NCBI GenBank assembly: GCA_050285325.1 | Contig: JBLZXS010000213.1 | Location: 1 to 46,224 of the forward strand | DNA: 46,224 bases | Origin: Acinetobacter sp. | Lineage (GTDB): Bacteria; Pseudomonadota; Gammaproteobacteria; Pseudomonadales; Moraxellaceae | Reading direction: 5' to 3' | Shown: positions 38,998-46,224 of the stretch, piece after piece | Layout of the letters: each line of letters begins with the position of its first letter | Numbering within the stretch: the first letter of the stretch is position 1 | The notes under the pieces: model-generated | Told to the model about the DNA's origin: nothing | What the model saw: only the letters and a program-made list of their open reading frames with translations | Databases searched by the model: none | Position numbers and translations under genes: made by a program

Positions 38998-39374
38998 AGA
39001 TATGACCTGTTCAACAATAGATAAATTTATTATGCATAATTTAAAAAGATTGTAATTAATTTTTTGTACTTTTAAGCATTAAAGTGCCAACTTGTTTAAA
39101 ATTAATACACCTTTTTGTGATTTATCTCATCTATTCGTCCGATTTTTGATTTAAAAAAATCACCCTGACACTCATGACTATAAAAAAATATTAAAAACTA
39201 CCCACCCAAGCCCTTGTTTTTTAAAATTTTCTTGATAAATACATTAATTGATTAAAGTTACGAGATAAATATAAGAAACTTTTTGTTAAAAAGATCAGTC
39301 CCCAAATGGTTTTTTTTCACTAAAATGAAATACGCTCAAGATTGTTTCATTCAATAATCGATAGCTAAAAATAG

Positions 39375-39569
39375 ATGCTTAAGTTTCTTAATCTCATCAA
39401 AAAATTTACAGGATTATTTGATATGACAAATGATAAAGCACTAACCTTTAACAAAATATCGAAAACCATTGCTAATACTAGCTATGAAGGTGCATTTACC
39501 CAGAGTATTGTGGTATTTCATCAGGAGATAGACAGCGACACTATGTTTCTTCTAAACGATGATGCTTAA
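39375..39569 (+). CDS. Possible small hypothetical protein
   Basis: 64-aa ORF in very AT-rich DNA; internal ATG at 39423 after CAGGA; followed by a hairpin. Confidence 0.4.
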   Translation: MLKFLNLIKKFTGLFDMTNDKALTFNKISKTIANTSYEGAFTQSIVVFHQEIDSDTMFLLNDDA

Positions 39570-39750
39570 TTTTGCTTCATATAAGGAAACTTATGAAATA
39601 TAATTTTCCTTATTGCATTATAAAAAACTTAATATATATTGATAGGCGATAAAAATAATTTAATATATATTGCTAAACTTAATAGCCTTCGAATAGAATG
39701 ATTTTTTAATGAAAAATACAATTACAACAATGTATTAGGTGTCGTCTACC

Positions 39751-40215
39751 ATGACTAAAAAATACAATAAATTTTTACCTTCTGCGGAAAATTTTGACTT
39801 AGAAAATTTTCCATATTATTGGGTTTCTCAAGTCCATGCTCAATATGTCCAGAATGTCGATCATGTATTAAAAAAATATGGCTTAGATAATTCTCGTCGC
39901 CGAATTTTGCTTTCCTTAAAATCAAAACCGCATGCCAGTGTGTCTGATCTTTCTGAGATGCTGGTTTCCAAGATGTCCACCACCACCAAGATTGTTTATC
40001 GTTTAAAGGATGAGGGACTGGTTGATACTTACTCTTGTGAGGACGATGCCCGGATTACCCGTGTCGTGTTAACGGATAAAGGGCAACAAATGACCCAAAA
40101 GATAAATGAGCTTACCACTGTAGTTTTGGAACAATCTTTAGAGGGTTTAACTACCTTACAAATTGAAAAAATGATGGAATGCCTTAAACATATTTTTAAA
40201 AATCTAGCGCACTAG
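39751..40215 (+). CDS. MarR-family regulator, copy 1
   Basis: wHTH SVSDLSEM..SKMSTTTKIVYRLKDEGLV...DARITRVVLTDKG; ATG aligned to the paralogs. Confidence 0.92.
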   Translation: MTKKYNKFLPSAENFDLENFPYYWVSQVHAQYVQNVDHVLKKYGLDNSRRRILLSLKSKPHASVSDLSEMLVSKMSTTTKIVYRLKDEGLVDTYSCEDDARITRVVLTDKGQQMTQKINELTTVVLEQSLEGLTTLQIEKMMECLKHIFKNLAH

Positions 40216-40367
40216 TTCAGGGCTAATCTGAAAAATTTAATAAGAAGGAGATGTATTTTTTTTACTTTAATCGATAAAATATTATAGATAAATTTTATTC
40301 GATATTTTTAACAAAATCGTTACAATAATAAAATACAATTAAAAAACAATTAAGTAGAGAGACTACT

Positions 40368-40832
40368 ATGACAAAAAAATACAGCAAATTCTTACCAGCA
40401 ATTGAAAATTTTAGTTTTGAAAATTTTCCATATTACTGGGTCACCCAAGTTCATGCTCAACAAGTACAAAATGTGGATCATGCCTTAAAAAAATATGGCT
40501 TAGATAATTCGCGTCGTCGAATTTTACTTTCTTTAAAATCAAAACCGCATTCCAGTGTATCCGATCTTTCTGAAATGTTGATTTCCAAGATGTCCACCAT
40601 CACCAAGATTGTCTATCGTTTAAAAGATGAAGGGCTGGTTGATACCTACTCATGTGAAGATGATGCCCGGATTACCCGTGTCGTGTTAACAGATAAAGGG
40701 CAAAAAATGACCCAAAAGATTAATGACCTCACCACTGTGGTTTTGGAACAATCTTTTGAAGGTTTAACTACATTACAAATTGAAAAAATGATGGAATGCC
40801 TTAAACATATTTTTAAAAATTTAGCGCACTAA
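40368..40832 (+). CDS. MarR-family regulator, copy 2
   Basis: 14 aa differences from copy 1 over 154 aa (manual count). Confidence 0.92.
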   Translation: MTKKYSKFLPAIENFSFENFPYYWVTQVHAQQVQNVDHALKKYGLDNSRRRILLSLKSKPHSSVSDLSEMLISKMSTITKIVYRLKDEGLVDTYSCEDDARITRVVLTDKGQKMTQKINDLTTVVLEQSFEGLTTLQIEKMMECLKHIFKNLAH

Positions 40833-40966
40833 CTTAGAATTAATCTGAAAAATTTAAAGGAGATATATTTTTTGCTTTATTCGCTAAAATATTAGAAATA
40901 AGTTCTATTCGATTTTTTTTAACACAATTATTCCGATAATAAGAATATTAAAATGGAGAAACCACC

Positions 40967-41431
40967 ATGACAAAAAAATACAGCAAATTCTTACCAACAG
41001 TTGAAGATTTTAGCTTAGAAAATTTTCCATATTATTGGGTCACTCAAGTCCATGCTCAGCACATACAAAATATGGACCACGCCTTAAAAAAATATGGGGT
41101 AGATAATTCTCGCCGTCGTATTTTACTTTCTTTAAGATCCAAACCGCATGCCAGTGTGTCTGATCTTTCTGAAATGGTGGTTTCCAAGATGTCCACCACC
41201 ACCAAGATTGTTTATCGTTTAAAGGATGAAGGACTGGTTGATACTTATTCTTGTGAGGACGATGCCCGGATTACCCGTGTCGTGTTAACGGATAAAGGGC
41301 AACAAATGACCCAAAAAATTAACGATCTGACCACTGTGGTTTTGGAACAATCTTTTGATGGCTTAACTCCATTGCAAATCGAAAAGATGATGGAAAGCCT
41401 CAAACATATTTTTAAAAATTTGGCACGTTAA
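40967..41431 (+). CDS. MarR-family regulator, copy 3
   Basis: 19 aa differences from copy 1 and 18 from copy 2 (manual count). Confidence 0.92.
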   Translation: MTKKYSKFLPTVEDFSLENFPYYWVTQVHAQHIQNMDHALKKYGVDNSRRRILLSLRSKPHASVSDLSEMVVSKMSTTTKIVYRLKDEGLVDTYSCEDDARITRVVLTDKGQQMTQKINDLTTVVLEQSFDGLTPLQIEKMMESLKHIFKNLAR

Positions 41432-41438
41432 ACCATAC

Positions 41439-42098
41439 TTAATCAAAAAAATTCAATTGGGGAGTTATTTTCTCGATTTTTGCTTTAGCTACATGTGAAC
41501 ATTCGAACTCAACTTCAGGAAATCCTTCTACAAAAGATCGAATGTCTGGAGACCTCCAGCTCAGCCATTCATTTAAACGCTCTTGGGGAATAACAATCAC
41601 GGAGCGTTTAACATTTCCTGCCTCATGAAATTCTTTCATCATAGGGTGGTCAATAGCATCCATGGTTATCATCGTGGCTGAACGGATTACTTCATCTTTT
41701 ATTTTGCAAATCTCATATAAAGCAGCAATGTATAATGCTTTTCCATCTTTACGTCGCACTCCCCAGCGCTGTGGTTTCTGATCAAAATATTTAGATTCAT
41801 AAAATTCAGAAACTGGAATGACTCCAAATTTATATTTCAGTAGCGCATTACTAAAGCTTGGTTTTTGTAGCAAAGTCTCACTACGTGCATTATACGTTTT
41901 GTGGGCAATTGTTTTATCTTCCGCCCATTTCGGTACCAGCCCAAATATCACTTTTCGCCATTCAAGACCTTTTTGTGACTTAAATAATAAAGGCAAGTCG
42001 TAACCTGGATAAACTTCTTCGGGATATTCAAAAGGGATCTCTGGAAGATTCAAATCTTGAACTTGTTTTAAGGTGAGAGGTTTAAAATTTGCACACAT
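41439..42098 (-). CDS. SOS response-associated peptidase (SRAP/YedK/HMCES family) abasic-site protection protein
   Basis: Catalytic Cys2 (MC), FGLVPKW, YNARSET, EFYE, FH..R. Confidence 0.88.
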   Translation of the reverse strand: MCANFKPLTLKQVQDLNLPEIPFEYPEEVYPGYDLPLLFKSQKGLEWRKVIFGLVPKWAEDKTIAHKTYNARSETLLQKPSFSNALLKYKFGVIPVSEFYESKYFDQKPQRWGVRRKDGKALYIAALYEICKIKDEVIRSATMITMDAIDHPMMKEFHEAGNVKRSVIVIPQERLNEWLSWRSPDIRSFVEGFPEVEFECSHVAKAKIEKITPQLNFFD

Positions 42099-42186
42099 AA
42101 AATTTCCACTCGTTCAGCTCAAGTTAAATTATAAGCATAAAATCAGATGCTACTCCACCGACTAAACGAGCGTTGTAAAGCGTTAT

Positions 42187-43635
42187 TTATTGGTCTTGAG
42201 CTAAAGTCATCCAGTGAGTGCGGCTAAACTCCTCTAAAATCCACTGTCCATTAAAACGTCCCAAACCAGAATTTTTCTCTCCTCCAAAAGGTGCGTTGGC
42301 CTGGTCTGCTACAGTGATTGCGTTAATGTGCGTCATACCCGCATCAATTTTTGAAGCAAATTGAATACCTCGTTGGTAATCGGCTGTGCATACTGCACTC
42401 GATAGACCAAAGCAAGTATCATTTGCAAGTTCTAGAGCATGTGCTTCATTTTTCGCTTTAATAATAGGCAGTACCGGTCCAAAGCTTTCTTCTTTGGCCA
42501 AATTTGAATTAGGATCCACGTCAATGAAGATATGTGGTGGTATCACATTGCCCTCTATTTCACCTTTAATAATCAGTTTTGCGCCTGCTTGCTCTGCTTG
42601 AGCAATAATTTTTTTAATTTTATCGACCTGAGAAGTATTAATAATTGGACCGATCAGGGTATTTTCGTTGTTAGGATCTCCGACCATAATTTCCGCTGCA
42701 CGCTTTGTCAGTTTTTCAACAAATGCGTCGTAGATAGTCTCATCGACGATTACACGGTTAGTGCTCATACAAATTTGACCCTGATGCAGGAAACGTCCCA
42801 TGACCGTGAGCTCTACAGCTAAATCGAGATCAGCATCATCTAAAACGACCAAGGGGGCATTACCTCCCAATTCCAGAGCCAAACGCTTGATGCGTGAACT
42901 GGCTAAAGCACGTTCCCCGACCCGTTTACCCACTGAAGTTGAACCAGTAAAAGAGATCATTTTAGGAATATCATGTTCAACAAAGTAATCGCCTATTTCA
43001 CTGCCTGCACCTGCAAGTACACTGAGTACGCCTTGTGGCAGTCCTGCCTCTTCAAACAATTTTGCCAACAATAAACCACCGGTAATTGGCGTATCACTGG
43101 CAGGTTTCAGCACCACACTATTACCTATAGCAATAGCGGTTACAACTGAACGCATAGACAAATGAAAAGGAAAGTTCCATGGACTAATCACGGCAATAAC
43201 GCCAAGCGGTTTACGCAGCACTATACTTTTACGTGATGGATCAGTCGATTTTAGTTCTTCAGTTACTATTCTGTCTGGAAAGGTGGCCGCCTCTTGAATA
43301 ATTCCCAAGGCTGCATCCACTTCAATATTGGCTTTTAAACGCGTACTGCCTGATTCTTGAATTAACCAATTTACAATTTCATCACGGCGTTGCTGAATAA
43401 TATGAGTGAGTTTCAAAACCATATTTTGACGCATATCACCAGCTACATTCGCCCATAGCTCTTGGGCTTTTTCTGCGCTGCTATAAGCTTTATCTACATC
43501 TGAAGTACTGGCTGCCTGTAGCTGAAGAATCTGAGCTTGATTAAAGGGATTAATGTCTTGAATAACGTTGTTCGATGTACCTTTAATCCATTGCCCTGCA
43601 ACAAATTGTTCATCTTGAAATAGATAAGCATTCAT
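42187..43635 (-). CDS. NAD(P)-dependent aldehyde dehydrogenase (benzaldehyde dehydrogenase-like)
   Basis: ISPWNFP, FTGST, LELGG, GQICMS, EESFGP. Confidence 0.93.
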   Translation of the reverse strand: MNAYLFQDEQFVAGQWIKGTSNNVIQDINPFNQAQILQLQAASTSDVDKAYSSAEKAQELWANVAGDMRQNMVLKLTHIIQQRRDEIVNWLIQESGSTRLKANIEVDAALGIIQEAATFPDRIVTEELKSTDPSRKSIVLRKPLGVIAVISPWNFPFHLSMRSVVTAIAIGNSVVLKPASDTPITGGLLLAKLFEEAGLPQGVLSVLAGAGSEIGDYFVEHDIPKMISFTGSTSVGKRVGERALASSRIKRLALELGGNAPLVVLDDADLDLAVELTVMGRFLHQGQICMSTNRVIVDETIYDAFVEKLTKRAAEIMVGDPNNENTLIGPIINTSQVDKIKKIIAQAEQAGAKLIIKGEIEGNVIPPHIFIDVDPNSNLAKEESFGPVLPIIKAKNEAHALELANDTCFGLSSAVCTADYQRGIQFASKIDAGMTHINAITVADQANAPFGGEKNSGLGRFNGQWILEEFSRTHWMTLAQDQ

Positions 43636-43766
43636 CCTATTGCCCTTTTTATCATGTATTTTGCTCTACTTTAAGCCGAGCATTTATTCAGTGCTAGGAT
43701 AGTTCAGTAAATCATCTCATGCCTGCATACTATTCCAACAAAAAATAAAGGAGTGTAAATTTGATA

Positions 43767-44237
43767 TCAGTGATTTATTTTTTTAATCGCAACATAGATA
43801 CGCCAGTAAATTAAAAAGGAAAGTGAAATATCGACCACTAAGCTCTCAATCGTATCAATATGTGCAAGTTGTGCTTCATCAAACCCGGATTTAAAACGAC
43901 TAAAGATCATTTCAAAACAAATCATCGCCACAATTGCAAATACTGTGATTTTAATGGTAATAGGTAAATACAGCGCAATAAAACGATTTAAAAATGCATG
44001 ACCCTTTTCACCACCATTGGCCATAAAAATGGCATTAATCCAGGTGATTAACAAACCGATATTAATGATTAACGACGCTAAACTTATTTTCAGATCTTCA
44101 GTTTCAGCCTGACTTAAAGCAAAAAAGCTTAACAAGATTAAAATACTGCTCACCAAATAATAATTTTTAAAGTCAGCCTGAGTGACACGATTTTGTTTTA
44201 AGTCTTCGATTAGTAGATCGGTACGCCAAAAATACAT
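43767..44237 (-). CDS. Hypothetical membrane protein (about 4 TM)
   Basis: GGAG SD; hydrophobic segments; NGG..G..FL.RF motif. Confidence 0.75.
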   Translation of the reverse strand: MYFWRTDLLIEDLKQNRVTQADFKNYYLVSSILILLSFFALSQAETEDLKISLASLIINIGLLITWINAIFMANGGEKGHAFLNRFIALYLPITIKITVFAIVAMICFEMIFSRFKSGFDEAQLAHIDTIESLVVDISLSFLIYWRIYVAIKKINH

Positions 44238-44272
44238 GATTTATACTCCATTATTATGTGTCGATCATATAC

Positions 44273-44299
44273 AAAAAAAGCCTCACGAGGAGGCTTTTT
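44273..44299 (-). terminator. Terminator after glcB
   Basis: AAAAAGCCTC-N5-GAGGCTTTTT. Confidence 0.8.
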
Positions 44300-44314
44300 G
44301 TTCAGTTTACAGGA

Positions 44315-46224
44315 TTAGTCGCCTGTATAACCTTTAAGCTTTAAACGCGCAGCATGTAATAATGGTTCTGTATAACCTGATGGCTGTTCACCACCTTTGA
44401 AAATCAAGTCCGAAGCAGCCTGGAACGCAATGTTGTTTTCAAAGTCTGTAGACATAGCCGTATACAGCGGATCATTGGCATTTTGCTCATCCACAATTTT
44501 CGCCATACGCTGCATCACTTCTTCAACTTGCGCACGCGTTACGATACCGTGACGTAACCAGTTTGCAACGTGTTGTGAAGAAATACGTAAAGTTGCACGG
44601 TCTTCCATTAAACCAACATCATTAATATCTGGAACTTTTGAACAACCTACACCCAAATCGACCCAACGAACCACATAACCCAAGATACCTTGACAGTTAT
44701 TTTCAAGTTCTTTGGTTTTTTCTTCCTCAGACCAGTTGGTGTCTTTTGCAAGTGGTGGTGTCAACAAATCATCCAGTGACAACGCTTCAGTTGCCAACAA
44801 TTCTTGCTGACGGTTTGCAACATTGATTTGATGGTAGTGAATCGCGTGGATTACTGCACCTGTCGGTGATGGAACCCATGCACAGCTTGCACCCGCTTCA
44901 GGATGTTCAGTTTTGGTTTTGTACATATCAAGCAGCATATCTGGTTTTGGCCACATGCCTTTACCGATTTGTGCTTTACCACGTAAACCTGCCTGAAGAC
45001 CGATCATCACGTTACGATTTTCATACGCTGGGAACCAGATTTGACCTTTTACTTCGCCTTTACGAACGAATGGACCTGCTTCCATAAAGGTGTGAATTTC
45101 ATCACCGGTACGGTCCATGAAGCCCGTGTTAATGAAGATGGTACGGTCTTTCGCTTGAGCGATACAGTTTTTCAAGTTTACAGATGTACGACGTTCTTCA
45201 TCCATGATCCCGATTTTAAGCGTTTTAGCAGGCAAACCTAACGCCTGTTCAGCACGTTCAAACAGTTCAACTGCAAAAGCAACTTCTTCAGGACCATGCA
45301 TTTTTGGTTTAACGATATACATCGAACCTTTACGCGAGTTCTTGATTTCGTTTTCACCCTTGATGTCTGCAAAAGACAACAATGGTGTAACCAAAGCATC
45401 CATGATGCCTTCATATATTTCCGCACCATCTACAAGAATGGCTGGATTGGTCATCAAGTGACCTACATTACGAAGAAGCATTAATGAACGACCGTGAATA
45501 GACGTCACACCACCAATCAGGTTTTTATGAGTACGATCTTTATTCAATGAACGGGTAACTGTTTTACCATTCTTTGCGATTGACTCTTCTAAAGTGCCAC
45601 GCATTAGACCTAACCAGTTACGGTAGCCTTCTACTTTTTCTTCTGCATCAACAGCAGCAATCGAATCTTCTAAATCTTGAATGGTGGTTACAGCGGCTTC
45701 AAGCACTAAATCTTTAACACCAGCTGCATCTGTTTGACCAATCGGGCTAGTCGCATCAATTTCAACAATTACATGCAAACCATTATTTTTAAATACGATT
45801 TCAGTCGGTGCGGCAGCATCGCCGTTATAACCTACAAATTTCGCCTGATGTGCCAAAGTGGTGGTAGAACCATCTTTTAAAGTCACTACAAGTGCATTGT
45901 GATCTACAGCATATTTAGTCGCATCGGCATGCGAACCGTTTGCCAACGGGAAAGTTTCATTTAAGAAATTTTTCGCGAATGCAATTACCTTGTCGCCACG
46001 TACCGGGTTATAGCCCTTGCCTTTTTCCGCGCCACCTTCTTCTGAGATTACGTCGAAACCGTAAAGTGCATCGTATAAAGAACCCCAACGCGCATTTGCC
46101 GCGTTCAAGCAATAACGTGCATTACGTACAGGCACTACAAGTTGAGGACCAGCCAATAATGCGATTTCTTCGTCTACATTTTCTGTGCTGATTTGGAAAT
46201 CTTCTACTTCTGGTAATAAGTAGC
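44315..46224 (-). CDS. glcB: Malate synthase G; 5' end lies beyond the window
   Basis: [53 protein letters not shown]; frame stays open to the window end ([23 protein letters not shown]). Confidence 0.96.
   Translation of the reverse strand, partial: YLLPEVEDFQISTENVDEEIALLAGPQLVVPVRNARYCLNAANARWGSLYDALYGFDVISEEGGAEKGKGYNPVRGDKVIAFAKNFLNETFPLANGSHADATKYAVDHNALVVTLKDGSTTTLAHQAKFVGYNGDAAAPTEIVFKNNGLHVIVEIDATSPIGQTDAAGVKDLVLEAAVTTIQDLEDSIAAVDAEEKVEGYRNWLGLMRGTLEESIAKNGKTVTRSLNKDRTHKNLIGGVTSIHGRSLMLLRNVGHLMTNPAILVDGAEIYEGIMDALVTPLLSFADIKGENEIKNSRKGSMYIVKPKMHGPEEVAFAVELFERAEQALGLPAKTLKIGIMDEERRTSVNLKNCIAQAKDRTIFINTGFMDRTGDEIHTFMEAGPFVRKGEVKGQIWFPAYENRNVMIGLQAGLRGKAQIGKGMWPKPDMLLDMYKTKTEHPEAGASCAWVPSPTGAVIHAIHYHQINVANRQQELLATEALSLDDLLTPPLAKDTNWSEEEKTKELENNCQGILGYVVRWVDLGVGCSKVPDINDVGLMEDRATLRISSQHVANWLRHGIVTRAQVEEVMQRMAKIVDEQNANDPLYTAMSTDFENNIAFQAASDLIFKGGEQPSGYTEPLLHAARLKLKGYTGD

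Overview
AT-rich chromosomal segment that looks like Acinetobacter, judged from the aceI/aceR pair, the ptp-murB-YdcF-hydrolase operon, and the dnaX, pepN and glcB proteins (recognised by eye, no search run). It is mostly housekeeping and metabolic genes: murB, dnaX, tal, pepN, thiM, glcB, a thiolase/FabG/MaoC lipid cluster, efflux pumps, Usp proteins, a flavin monooxygenase and TerC. I found no rRNA, tRNA, CRISPR array, transposase or prophage. Several features are missing from the ORF track: a truncated circularly permuted ATP-grasp gene divergent from a WYL regulator, a 43-aa lipoprotein, and two orphan minus-strand terminators that imply unannotated structured transcripts. One of those transcripts (about 1825-2090, convergent on the WYL gene) carries a perfect Shine-Dalgarno and a 15-aa ORF. 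The other (about 27425-27680) carries a 104-nt hairpin. There is also a 22-aa uORF overlapping the TerC start, and a triplet of MarR genes with an unequal-crossover signature, next to a SRAP gene that ends in a clamp-binding-like motif. The best candidates for undescribed systems are the ATP-grasp/WYL/small-RNA locus, the TerC leader and the MarR triplet. All three are hypotheses.
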